Source: Octopus vulgaris
Taxonomy: Eukaryota
Length of the DNA: 64,000 nucleotides
Direction: 5' to 3'
Assembly (NCBI GenBank): GCA_951406725.2
Contig: OX597817.1
Coordinates: 110,484,001-110,548,000, forward strand
This document shows, piece after piece, positions 13,461-26,220 of the stretch. The notes beneath the pieces were generated by a model, which did not search any database, was not told where the DNA came from, and was given only the letters and a program-made list of their open reading frames with translations. The position numbers and the translations under genes were made by a program. Each line of letters begins with the position of its first letter. Position 1 is the stretch's first letter.

Positions 13461-13907
13461 ATATATACATATATAATACTGTACATTAATATACACTTCC
13501 ATTAATATACCCACTGATATATAATACAATACACTTCAATTAATGTACCCACTCTATTAACAGATATACAAGTGCACTTTTTCCTGACTTATGAACTCTT
13601 AGATGGCTCTCTCTCTCTATCTATCTATCTATCTATCTATCTATATATATATATAATAGAAATATTAAAATTACTAAGTCTCTCTAAAAGAGATTACTAA
13701 GTCTCTCTAAAGGAGATTACGGCAGCATTACTGGAAATTAATAGTTATCGCCATACTAATATGGCAGTCTTATAAATATAAGACTAAAGCTGTCGCTGAT
13801 TAGCTCCATGAGGCCATCGCCTTAAGCTAGCTATTTGACACACAAACTGCGTCCATTATAAACCTTCGAACAAGGGAGGTCAGCCGCTTCATCCTGCCAG
13901 TCAGACA

Positions 13908-13948
13908 GCTACAGACGTTTCAGGGTTGTTGCCCCTTATCAATGCAGC
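13908..13948 (-). ncRNA. Minimal type I hammerhead ribozyme (U3-A8 core variant)
   Basis: Minus strand GCUGCA UUGAUAA GGGG caacaa CCCU GAA ACGU C UGUAGC: stem I, core, stem II, palindromic ACGU stem III, GUC cleavage triplet. Confidence 0.8.
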
Positions 13949-14325
13949 GTAGTCAGACTTGCAGGTGTCGCTACTGATCATCCCAGTTTGAAGGCTTTAT
14001 TTAGCTAGTTTCAGTGGAATACATCCACTTGTTTTCAATAATACAAATATTAAAATTACTAAGTCTCTCTAAAGGAGATTACGGCAGTGTTACTGGAAAT
14101 TAATAGTTATCGCCATACTAATTTATATACTTATATTTATAAGACTGCCATATTAGTATGGCGATAACTATTAATTTCCAGTAACGCTGCCGTAATCTCC
14201 TTTAGAGAGACTTAGTAATTTTAATATTTGTATTATTGAAAACAAATGGATGTATTCCACTGAAACTAGGTAAATAAAGCCTTCGAACTGGGATGATCAG
14301 TAGCGACACCTGCAAGTCTGGCTAC

Positions 14326-14366
14326 GCTGCATTGATAAGGGGCAACAACCCTAAAACGTCTGTAGC
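14326..14366 (+). ncRNA. Minimal type I hammerhead ribozyme, second copy (G12A, probably inactive)
   Basis: gctgca ttgataa gggg caacaa ccct aaaacgtc tgtagc; GAAA mutated to AAAA. Confidence 0.7.
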
Positions 14367-14532
14367 TATCTGACTGGCAGGATGAAGTGGCTGACCTCCC
14401 TTGTTCGAAGGTTTATAATGGACGCAGTTTGTGTATCAAATAGCTAGCTTAAGGCGATGGCCTCATGAAGCTAATCAGTGACAGCTTTAGTCTTATATTT
14501 ATAAGACTGCCATATTAGTATGGCGATAACTA

Positions 14533-14582
<50 letters not shown>

Positions 14583-15340
14583 TACATGCATGTATGTATA
14601 TAGTTTATTAATTTAAATTACCACTTGTCTCTCTTCACCTTTACATTCATTTCATCCCCCCTCTCTCTCTCTGTACATATAGTACAAGCTAATGAAGGAA
14701 CCCCATTATAGTTATTAAACAGGCTAAAAATAGCAAACAAATTCCCCTAAACAACATGCTGTTGTTTAGGTCTTATCATTTAAAACTCCCACCTCAAGTC
14801 AGCCCTGATTGAGCAAACCTGTTATTAAAAGCATCATAGCCATGATTATTCCATTTTCCTTTGGAAAGAGAAGCCAAAGCTAGACTTTGTTCTTTTCTGA
14901 GATAGAAGGATGTGACTTGAAGGAGATTAGCTGCTTTTTCTCATATCAAACTATCACATAGCAGATCCCTCATGGGTTTGTCTGATTTGTAGTGCGTAAG
15001 GGCTGATGGCAAATAGTCAACAGAGAAGGAACTATCAGCTGAAATGCTTCCCAATATCCATTTCAGACATACAAAATTTTAAGTTTGGATTTCATCCAAA
15101 TTGATATCCATTCATCTGGGTTATAAGAAGTATTAGCAATTTTCTGAGATTCATTACATTTATTATATTCTCTCATTTACTGAAAAATATTTTGGTTAGG
15201 CAAGGATTAAATTAGGCAAAAAAATATGTTTTTAAATAAACTGACACAATCACTGTATTAAATATGTGGATGTGTTGATAATCTTCTTACTTAATTGAAA
15301 TTGTCTCTGACAGAAACCTGAAAATATAGATTTTAATTAC

Positions 15341-15572
15341 GCGCAATGGCCTAGTGGTTAGGGCAGCGGACTCGCGGTCGCAGGATCGCGGTTTCGATTC
15401 TCAGACCGGGCGTTGTGTGTGTTTATTGAGCGAAAACACCTAAAAGCTCTACGAGGCTCCGGCAGGGGGTGGTGATCCCTGCTGTACTCTTTCACCACAA
15501 TGGCGGTGCCCCAGCATGGCCACAGCTCAAGAGCTGAAACTGGAAAAATAAAAAAAAAATAAATAAAAAAAA
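15341..15572 (+). mobile_element. Young tRNA-derived SINE with A-rich tail
   Basis: A box tggcctagtgg, B-box-like ggtttcgattc, CpG-rich. 3' tail ggcggtgccccagcatggcc..ctgaaac is shared with family A. Confidence 0.85.
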
Positions 15573-15629
15573 AATACTACTTTTCTTATTTCCTTCTTTA
15601 AGTAGTTAAGATCCGTACTTAATATTAAT

Positions 15630-15803
15630 TTTGTCCATGCTGGGCATATGTTCTGAGTACAGATTCTACTGAGGTCAATTTTGCTTTCATTCTTTCGAAG
15701 TCAATAAAATAAGTACTAGTTGAGTACTGAGGTTGTTGTGATTGATTTAACCCTCCTCCCCACTCCGAAATTGCTGGCCTTGTGCCAAAATTTGAAACCA
15801 ATA
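15630..15803 (+). mobile_element. SINE family B
   Basis: gttctgagt...gaggtcaattttgctttc...ggccttgtgccaaaatttgaaacc. Confidence 0.7.
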
Positions 15804-17078
15804 TTAAATATGTGGTTAAGGATTTACTGTGATTGTGATAGAGATATGAACTTGTGATATGTTGTTGTTGTTTAGACACTGGTCAGGCTTTACTGGGGAC
15901 ACCTATGATCAAAGGCATTCTGACCATGATCAATCTGTCTTTCCCTCAAGTATTATGAATCTTGGACTACATTATTCAATATGCCTCCTTTTTCCTTTCA
16001 AGAAATTAGAGTATATTATGAGGGAAATTCAGCTGCTGCTATTTCTGGCAGGTTGAATGACCACATAAAGGTGCCAATGTTGTCTTGTATGGAGGAGAAA
16101 AAGAGGATTCAGCAGACTCAGTTTCAATCTTAACTGAGGTTTCATTAGCAACTGCTCACCCATATTTTATTATCCATGATAGTACTGTCATCATCGCTGC
16201 CACCACCACCATCACCATTGCTGTCGTCGTCAGGCATTTAAAGTTCTATAGTTAAGTATAAAGCACCTAAGAATTGTTACTGCATTATTTAGTTATAGTC
16301 ACAGAAACATTGATGCATTTTACCACCAAAGAAGAAAGTAGCATCTGGCTATTATCACTTAGCATAAGATAAAAATAAGAATTAAAATATTAACAATGTG
16401 TAAGAAAATGAGGGCAACATATTTGGTTAAAAAAAGGTAATAGTTATTTCAGAAGAAACAATTTCTGATTATATAAGAAGCTGAAAAATAAAAAAAAATA
16501 AATGAGAATTAATTATGTCACAGAAGTTTAAAACCTAACATGACAGCAGTGAGAAATACATTTACAGATAAGATGAAAAACAAAAGTGTACAAAGGTAGA
16601 AGAAAATTCCCATTCTTAAAACTGTGAAATTGCTTATGAAATCTTATGAACAAGTAGGTTTATATTTTCATCAATCTAAAATTATACAGAATAAGATCTT
16701 TTTTCTTATTCCACAGGTCTTCAAAAGCACTGAGACACCAATTGTAATGTTAATGGTTTTACACACCTACACACACATGAAAGATTTCCATGCAGTTTCC
16801 ATTTCCCAAATTCACTCCCATGGCATTGATCAACCCAAGGCTATAGTAGAAGACACTTGCCCAAAGTACCACAGAGTGGGACTGAACTCATTACTATGTG
16901 ATTGTGAAGAAACCTTCTAACCACACACTTATGCCAGTTCTTAATGTGTATTACTTCAAAAAGATCTGTCTTGGAAACCAGAATTATCTATGTGAAATAT
17001 ACAATATGAGCATTTATAGACATATTGATGACAAATGAGAACATATGATGCTCATTACTTTCCTTCAATGACATCAGT

Positions 17079-17337
17079 GATAGAGTTTTAGGCGCATTAC
17101 CCCAGGATGGTTCAGCTCTCCATCTGTTAAAAACCACTGTTTACGGAATGAGGATAACAACGTAGTTCTCGCGCCCATGCAACCGCCAGTCTATCGCGTA
17201 TGGTGGGTGGATCTTCAAGTTGCCTCATGCATTCTTAGTAGGCTCAAATTAGAGATTATTCTTTGTGGCTAATGGTCTGAGTCTTGATTGGAAGAAGAAG
17301 AAGAAGAAGAAGAAGAAGAAGAAGAAGAAGAAGAAGA
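17079..17337 (+). mobile_element. CpG-rich retroposon 3' fragment with (GAA)n tail
   Basis: GC/CpG-rich island ending in a long (GAA)n run; possible TSD gacatcag/gacaacag. Confidence 0.5.
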
Positions 17338-17569
17338 CAACAGCAAAACACCACTAGTAGCAGTAACAACAAGAAAATAACAGCAATAATAGTAATAGCA
17401 AAACCAATGACAACACTAGTAGCAACAAGTCAACATTTTTCACTAAAGTATTAACACTCATAGAGTTGCAATCTTTTAGGTATACAGATTAGAAATTTAT
17501 TTTCTTTCATTGGCATTCTTGAAGAAGAATATATTAAATTTTATGATTTACATTTTATCATAATCTCAT

Positions 17570-17925
17570 TCTTTTATTTGTTTCAGTCATTTGACTGTGG
17601 CCATGCTGGAGCACGGCCTTTAGTCAAACAACTCGACCCCAGGACTTATTCTTTGTAAGCCTAGTACTTATTCTATCAATCTCTTTTGCCAAATCACTAA
17701 ATCATGGGCACATAAATACACCAACATAAATTATCAAGCGATGGTGGGGGACAAACACACACACACACACACACAATGGGCTTCTATCTACCAAATCCAC
17801 TCACAAGGCTTTGGTCGGCCCGAGGCTATGGAAGAAGACACTTGCCCAAGGTACCACACAGTGGGACTGAACCCAGAACCATGTGGTTGGTAAGTGAGCT
17901 GCTTACCACACAGCCATGCCTGTGC
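17570..17925 (-). mobile_element. SINE family A
   Basis: Reverse complement of 13056-13460. Other partial copies at about 2965-3175, 16780-16935, 19005-19165, 23265-23430, 55370-55530 and 56750-57078. Confidence 0.85.
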
Positions 17926-19732
17926 ATACATTAAAAAAAAAAAATTCATTTCCTTATATTTTTTTGCTTAATTCTTCTACAAATATTATGAGGAAGAAAT
18001 CCTTACATGCCATAATATTGTTAAAAAAATCTTTTTATTTGTAAAGATTTCATCATAACACTGACATGTTCGGAATTTTCAAATGTTTGGCTGAAAGAAA
18101 AAATAAAAATAAAATAAAATAAAATAAAAAATGCAATGATCATTTTCAAACATGTATCTTCTATTTTACTAGCAGCACATGTATGCACATATCATGCAGA
18201 TTTGTTAATTACATAACTCCATCTGAAATAAATCTTTTCAGACCAATTTGAGAGTCTCTATTGTGGTTGCTCAATTGATTAGCATTACAGCTAAATCTCC
18301 CTCAACTGCGATATTCTAATGTTTTTTTTTTAAAAAAAGGACGTTAGATAATGTGGTCCTGAATTTGTTGTACAAATATGGGGTGGTCATAACTGGAATG
18401 CTTTTGATCATAGGTCTGCTCAGCCACAGCTGACAGCAGCTAAACAAAAACAAATAAGTTTGTGCATGTAAATATACTTAAACCTATTTTAATTTTTATT
18501 TTTCAAGTCAAGCAGAAAAGCAGTACTCATGATATGTTACAAGGCCCCCAAGTGTTTTGGGAGGGAGACAGGAAGTTATTCACTCACTGAAAATCTGGTC
18601 TAAATATTAGCAACTGAGTGATCTCTGCTAAAAGCACTCAAGTTGCCAGGGGTGGGTATTTTCAGCTGGGTGATGGGTAAAGTAGTGGTTTTCAACTATT
18701 TTTTTACCTATAGACCCTTTTGATCACTCTTCTTTTCTGGTGGATAGCCATTCGATGTTTATAAACTAGTTTTATAGATACCTCTTTTAAAATTCATACT
18801 TTGCTTTTCAAACATTAACTTGTGTAGGTTGAACTATGTAAAATATCAGAGAAAAAGATCTAGCTATTTCTTGCAATAAATACATCTAAAGCAAACATTT
18901 TTTTATGTTGAGTACAATTAAAGTATAAACTATATGTGATATTTATGCTTTTATTCTAAATATAAATATATTACAAGCATTAAAAAATATATAAACACAT
19001 ACAACAAGCTTCTGCATAGTTTCCATCTAATAATATCATTCACAAGTTATTGGTCAACCCAGACCTATAAGAGAAAACATTGCCTGCCCAGAATGTTATG
19101 CAGTGGGACTGAACCTGAGACCACATGGTAATGGAGCAAACTTTTTAACCACACAGCCATACTTGCTTCATAAATTTCAACAGATTTGTTTTCATTCAGG
19201 TTACCTTGTTATTGATCCTTTGCCTTATGAGTTTTCTAACTTAATCAAAAGAAGTAATTAAGTTCATATGTTATCTAAAGGTCAATCCTGATTGTGAAGA
19301 CCTGTGATCATCTTGGATTTGCCTAATGTGTCACCCTGACTGAAAAAATTTCATCCAACTTCATGTGCAAATTAAAAGAGAAAGTGTCAGTTAGGTGTTA
19401 CTTTACAAAATACTTGATTCTTGTAAACAAGTCAACCACTCTCAGTTTGAGATGGCAACTTCAAATTTATCAAGCAGTACATATAGCTTTCCTAATATTG
19501 TTCCATTTCTTAGCTGCTGTTCATGAATCAACAGCTAACTTCTTATTATTCAAATGTAACTTAGTCATTGAATCAAGGATTTCCCCACTTCTTTCAATAT
19601 CTTTTGCCAAGGCCACATGTAATTTCATTTCAATTGTAGTCAGTCTTCCCTTCTCATTACAAAATGCTTATGTGATAAATTTGCTGATTAAAATGTATAT
19701 GTGTATTAATTTAGAATTAATATTTAATAATA

Positions 19733-19733
19733 A

Positions 19734-19827
<94 letters not shown>
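19733..19827. repeat. (AAT)n microsatellite
   Basis: Visible perfect repeat; source of the poly-Ile ORF. Confidence 0.95.
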
Positions 19828-20379
19828 GCTAAATACTATAACTTTTCTTCTAAGTCCATCAAGCTATGTGATGTGTAAACTTAGTTTGCACAAGGCCTCT
19901 GCCCAGGGTCCATTTTTGCACACTCTTTATGTCCATCAACACCCCCACCACCACCATTTTAGTTTGTACATTAACTTTTTCACCTGGTGACTCATATACT
20001 TCTCCTTGCTGTGTGTGTGAATACATGTTTTGATTATTCCCTTATACCCTCTTGCAGGTGCATTCATGAACGTTGTTTACAATTAAAGGTACCTCATATA
20101 ATTATTTAGACATATAATAATTAAACTGTCTTACGTAACTACCCTATTCCTCTCTTCAAGGTCAACCTACATTCCCTATTCTCATAGCCACTTCATTTCT
20201 TGTTGGCTCTTGCTCTGGATATTATATAGAATAGGAGAAACTGTAATTCATTTTAATTCACTAAGACCAAATCTCTATGCTAGCTGGCAAGCGTTTGTGC
20301 AGATCTTCTTTTCAGGTAATTACAAAATTTCCATCATCCTATCACCATTTCCAAGTACTCAATCTCAGGGCCACCACCA

Positions 20380-21130
20380 TCAATAGGGAGATTATTGAAA
20401 TGTTGGAGCAACGCCATGTTGATGTGTGTGGTGTGCAAGAAGTAAGATGGAGGGGAGTCTCAGCTAGATTCCTCATAGGTGAGAGATGAAGATACAAATT
20501 CTTCTGGGTTGGCATGAGGGATGGAGTGGGTAGTGTAGGCATAATGTTAGCAGAAAATTGGGTAGATAAGGTAATTGAGATGAAACTTATCATAATTAAC
20601 AGTTATAATTGGAGAAGAAATTCCAGGTATGGAAGCAAAACCTGGAATCAAAGGGCTTTAAAGTTAACTTAGCAAAGACCAAAGTTGTTCTTAGTAAGAA
20701 AGAAGATAAAACATTCTTTCCATCACATAAATGGCCCTGCTCAATATGTAGGAAAGGAGTTGGAAGAAATTCCATTCACTATACCCAGTGTAAACTATGG
20801 ACACATAAAAGATATAGTGGAATCACAGGTAGATTAACAGATAAAGTAGTGTTTGTATGTGGCAGATGTGTAGGAACAAAAAGCACTAAGAGCGCACAGG
20901 ACTTAGATTCTCTCAAATGCCCAGGAGGCTCTCTCAAGGTTGTAGATAGTTTCTGTTACCTAGGTGACCAAATTATCAGTAATGGAGGATGCTCTGAAAG
21001 TATTATTTCTAGAATAAGAATAGGGTGGAGGAAATTCAGAGAGCTATTACCTCTGTTGGCAACAAAAGGACTCTCTCTCAGAGTGAAAGGTAGACTATAT
21101 GATGCTGGTGTATGAATGACTATACTCTGT
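20380..21130 (+). pseudogene. RTE-clade LINE remnant: APE endonuclease N-terminus joined to RT C-terminus with a PHD-like Cys/His insert
   Basis: EIIEMLEQRHVDVCGVQEVRWRG..A (APE motif), then LESKGFKVNLAKTK, WPCSICRKGVGRNSI..TQCKLWTHKRYSG..FVCGRC, VDSFCYLG and KGRLYDA. Confidence 0.85.
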
Positions 21131-21779
21131 GGTATCATTGTTAGCCCCCAATCTGTGTGTTCCACCCAAATGTAGCAAGAAAACTTTTCACACACCCTAC
21201 ACTAACAAACCAGTCTACATCTCTTCTCTTCCTCACATTTTCTTCTTCATGCACTATGCCTATGTCTCACTCCCCAATCCTGTCCTCACAGCCCAGTTTC
21301 TCTGCATCATTGCTATCCAGTAGCCCCCACCTCTATACACTCAGGTTTTTACCACTCACTTCCCCTCCCTACTCTCTAATCACACTTCTTTGGCAATACC
21401 TTGCCACTTATATTATGACCTTTGAACCTCAAGGGTATGCCCTCGCACTTGCCACCATCTGTATATCTCTCTGCCTTTACTCGATCATCCCATTTATATT
21501 CTAATCCCCGTTCCTTGTGAGTAAACCTGGCACTTTGCCACCATCTCTATCCTGATGTCCCCCACTCTCTCTTTCCTTCTCCTGCACTTCCCTTAGGTTG
21601 GGTAACCCTGTATCTCCTTTGCAGCAGCACATCTGTTTCTGTCCTCATTCCCGATCTCTCTCTCTCTCTCCAGCTCGGTGACCTTGTACCTCCTCTTCAG
21701 CATGATACCTGTTTCTATCTCTCTGTCTCACTATAACCTTTTATCATCTGACACAAGATCACCTCCCCTCTCAAAATAT

Positions 21780-22091
21780 TTTTGTCTTGCAGGTTACTTG
21801 GTGACCCTGTCAGTGCAGGTGCCACTTAAAAAGCGTCCAGTCCACACTGTAAAGTGGTTGGTGTTTGGAAAGGCATCTGGCTGTAAAAACCTTACCAAAA
21901 CTGACCTTGCCTGAACTTGTGCCCCATAAAAAGCACTAAGTCCACTCTGCTGGGTGGTTCATGTTAGGAAGGGCATCCAGCTGTAAAAATCCTGCCAAAA
22001 CAGTCACAGAAGTCCGGTGCAGGCTTCTGCCAAACTGTCCCATCCATGCCAGCATAGAAGGCAGATGTTAAATGATGATGATGATGATGAC
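21780..22091 (+). mobile_element. Retroposon family D 3' region with (TGA)n tail
   Basis: ggaagggcatccagctgtaaaaa...ccatgccagcat...gttaaatgatgatgat. Same tail at 2225-2330, 52670-53140, 59470-59857 and 62373-62488. Confidence 0.75.
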
Positions 22092-24096
22092 ATTTAGTGA
22101 TGAAATCAATGTAAAGTAAAAAGTTGTAACTTTGATCATAAATAATGAAGTCAAAGAAATTGAACTAAGTCATGATCAGTAAACTCAATGGGCTACAAGT
22201 TGTGACATTACCTTGGTAACAAACAGGATATGATAACTTTAGCAGCTATGAGTATCATTCATATATTAACATTACAGTTTCGTCTCCTTGCAATAACAGA
22301 CCTTCTGATTATTTGTTTGAATTTAAAACCAGGAGTTGCACAGGCTAAATAGTATAGCCTGCTGAAATTTAAGAGAATTGTTTTATAATTTTTATGAAAT
22401 ATGTTTATCTGGCTGTTCTTTAAATTGTTTTGGAATCAACAGATTAAAATATATGGTAGTCAGTTGAGGAAGTATATTATAACAGTTAAATTTTGAAACC
22501 TTACATTGGCGGCAAAATATAATTTGAAAGGCTATTAAAATAACATCATTTGTAAATGCTTTAATTTTGAAAATTATTTTGAAATATTGAGCCTGTATAG
22601 GCTTACATTAAATGCAAGTTAGGTGGTTTAAGCTTAGAAGCTGTTAGATTCATTAACAGTCATATACAACAGGATGTCATGCCAGTTCTGTGAATTGCAT
22701 TACGAATAATGCTTATGATACCTAATATTGTGGCAATGGGAAAGATGCTTTAGTAAACTAAAGCTTATAAAAACATATTCACAGTTGTCCATGACACCAG
22801 ACAGATTAAATTCTTTGCCTGAATTTTCAATAGGAAATGTTATTGTATAACAGATAGTTAGAGAAAGTGCTTTAAAATATTTACAGATCTAAAACAGAAA
22901 AATGTTTTTAAGATAATGCGTTGTTTTCAACATCTGTTCTTATGTTCATATTTAATTTTGACAAGAAAATACATTACATCTACAGGAAATTAACGGCACC
23001 CTTTAGGCTTTACCATTTACCCGCCTATCAGTGTCTGTCTGCAAGAAAAATGTGTCAAGTTTATTGGCAGTAATATAGATATGGTCTCTGTCTGTTTTTC
23101 TCTCTCTGTCCTTCTCTTCCTCCCCACTAGTTACATTAATGAAAGAATTTGAAACCTTGATGTTTTGTGACTTCACTGCAGTGTACATTGAGAGGTTTCT
23201 CTCTGATCCCACAATCAGTCATATTTGTTGTATTTCAATGATCAGTTGTGTGTCTCACATTCTTTTATATACTCTTTACTCTTTTACTTGTTTCAGTCAT
23301 TTGACTGTGGCCATGCTGGAACACCGCCTTTAGTCAAGTAAATCGACCCTAGGACTTATTCTTTGTAAGCCTAGTACTTATTCTATCGGTCTCTTTTGCC
23401 GAACCGCTAAGTTACGGAGACGTAAACACACATACAGATATGTATATATTTTTACATATATACATATAACAAATATCTTCTCAGTGACTGAATGAAAATT
23501 GCAAAAATAAAAAATAACATATGATATAAAAACTAAGATATTTGATATGTTGTCCAAAAGCTCTCCCATGCAGAACATAATTCTGAAGTTCAGCTCAGTG
23601 CAAAATATAATCAAAATTTGGCTTATTGGGTTCCTGAAAGCATTTACCAAAACATAATGCATATATCCTTGAAAAGAAAAGCAGTAAATACATTGTGTTA
23701 CATGTGTATATATGTATGTATATATATCATTAGATAGTCTAATATATCATATTACAAGATTATAGTTTATATTAATGGATTCTCAATTCAAAATGGTATG
23801 TATTTTTATTTAGAAGACAGAAAAACTTAAACACAAGGTTTGATGTGAAATGCTTCAATTTAAACAATCAAAAAGGTAATACTTCCAGAACATTCCTGTT
23901 ATAAATGAAATAAAGGAAAATTAAAATGTTGATCCTGCAAAGAAAAGTGGTTTCTTTAAATAAATGTAGAGTGGATATTATAACTCTCCAGTGTCTGATA
24001 ATGTTTAAAATAATATGAGATATGATCGAACTTAAGCCATGGTGACCCATCAAAACTGTACTAGCATAGAAGAGTAGATGTAAAAATGATAATAAT

Positions 24097-24305
24097 GGTT
24101 TCAAATTTTGGCATAGGCAAATGATTTCGGGGAAGGGGGCAGGTCAGTTACATTGATCACAGTGTTCAACAGGTACTTATTTCATCAACCCTGAAAGGAT
24201 GAAAGGCAAAGTTGATTTCTGTGAAACTTGAACTCAAAATGTGAAGACAGATGAAATGCTAAGTGTTTTGCTCAGTATACTAATGTTTCTACTAGTTTGT
24301 TGCCT
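24097..24305 (-). mobile_element. SINE family B
   Basis: Reverse-complement match to the family B monomer. Confidence 0.75.
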
Positions 24306-24742
24306 TAAAAAAAAAAATTATGATAATCATGATGGTGGTGGAGGTTGAAGTAATGATGATTATGATGATGCCAGCATTGTGTTCTATTTCTTAAAATATT
24401 CATTTTATCTTGCTCTAAATAGGCTGGAAACAAGACCTTTTTTGTAAGATGACAAATGCTTTGTTGTCTCAAAGTACTAAATTTGTCCAAGATAGTTTGT
24501 CCTGTTTCTACATAGATATTATACAAAAGAGATGTAATTAGAAATGATCAGTGGGTTATGAGATTTACCTTAGAGATAGCTCTGATTCATGGCTGAAGTA
24601 TAATTTTCTGGCACTGAAAAGTAAAATCTATCTTTGTAATGTAGTTTTGCCTCATGGTCATGATGAAAGGTTAACAGAAATAGCAAGACCTTGAACTTAC
24701 TGGTAGCTATGATGGTATCATTGATAATAGTAATTAAAGGGC

Positions 24743-24910
24743 TAGTGTTGTCTTAAGGCATGGGAACACTGGGCAGTTGCCAAGGGCCTTCACTGGTCTA
24801 GGAGCCCAATTCTGATCTATGTATGTTGTGGCTTTCAGCTAATAAAAAATACTATAGGGTCCAGTGCATTGATTTGTCAAGGGGCCTATAAAGTTGCTAA
24901 GTCAGCCCTG
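24743..24910. mobile_element. Possible old hAT MITE
   Basis: Degenerate TIR tagtgttgtcttaa / ctaagtcagccctg; weak TSD taaagggc/catagggt. Confidence 0.35.
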
Positions 24911-26220
24911 CATAGGGTCTCTGCCAGTCACTGTTGACCATGTTTCTGCACATGTATGCACAGGCCTGGGTGAAATTTGTTGAGGAAGACTCACAGTTGC
25001 TCACACATGCAAATCTCAAGCTTCCTCCCTCAATACCACCAATGTTTGTCCAAGGTAAAGGCCACCAACTTTGTGTTGATACAGCTTGACACTAGTATCA
25101 TTGTAGGTGTTGTCCCCAAAATGTAAAAGAAGGACACATAGTGCAACATATCTCGCCTGACATTCTAACAATTCCCGCAATCCACTGCTTTAGGTTGGTA
25201 CTTTTCTTTATTAACCATGAAAGGATGAAAAATATCATTGACCTCAGGGTGGATTTGAAATTGGAGTGCAGAAAGTCAGAACAAATACTGCATGACATTC
25301 TATGAATGTCTTGTTCAACATTACATGTTGCGCCATTAAGAGGGGGTTCAGTCCCAAGTCCCAAAAGTCAAAATGGAGCTCATGATTGACTACCAGACTT
25401 TCTCTAAAAAATATACTTCACACTCTCCTTCCAGGGGTCTAAAATCAGTCTTGTTTTGTCTTTACCAAATGTTTCCCTAAGCTAAACTTTGAAGTCCTTT
25501 GTGTAATACAAAATAATGGCTCTAACCTTACTTGATTAATTACTGTATTTTATCATAAGAAGCAAACTATTTTAGACAAGTGCAAAAGGCTTCAAACATC
25601 CTATGGTCTACCATACCAAATGCTGCAGATAGATCAAGGAAAAGTAGATATGAACAAATATTACAAACAACCCTGTGGATATCATTGTACAGTGTGCGTG
25701 ATGTCTTTATGAAAGAGACACACACAAGTGATGTAATGATTCAGACAATAATTAAATAAAACTTCAGGTTCAACATCAACCATTTTTATTACAGGAAAAA
25801 TGGATGAATCTTTCAGATTTTCCATTGAATTTGCTCTTAAAAAGTGTTTTGACAATTCTCACAAAAGCATGTAATAGGACTATGGAGGAGGTATTAGAAC
25901 AAAAAACTAGAAGGAAAATTATCAGCTGCTTATAAAGTACCAGTTTCAAAGAATTTTTTCTTCAACTTTTGCTTCTTTATTGGAGTAAAGATATACAGAG
26001 AAGCTGTATTGAAGAGGAAATCATTAAGCAAGAGATTACTGAAAGAGAAATTAGAATGAATATCTTTAAAAACGTTATTAATGAATATGATTAAAATGCG
26101 TGTTGATATATTCAAGGTGAATGGAAGAGTACATTATTTTCTCCCGTCAAGCATTAAATATCTCTTTGAATCTCAATCTCTGGAGTGAAAAAAGCTTAAG
26201 TCATTATTAACTCAGAGAAA

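Larger units (their letters stand above)
13661..14537. mobile_element. Penelope-like/retrozyme-type element: two inverted arms of a 362-bp hammerhead-containing unit
   Basis: Left arm 13661-14122 (minus sense) and right arm 14130-14537 (plus sense) are near-identical reverse complements. Each exceeds one unit (direct-repeat period 362 bp). Flanked by (TA)n on both sides. Confidence 0.85.

Noticed and set aside
15341-15412. tRNA gene
   Set aside because: No proper acceptor stem; it continues into a SINE body and tail.
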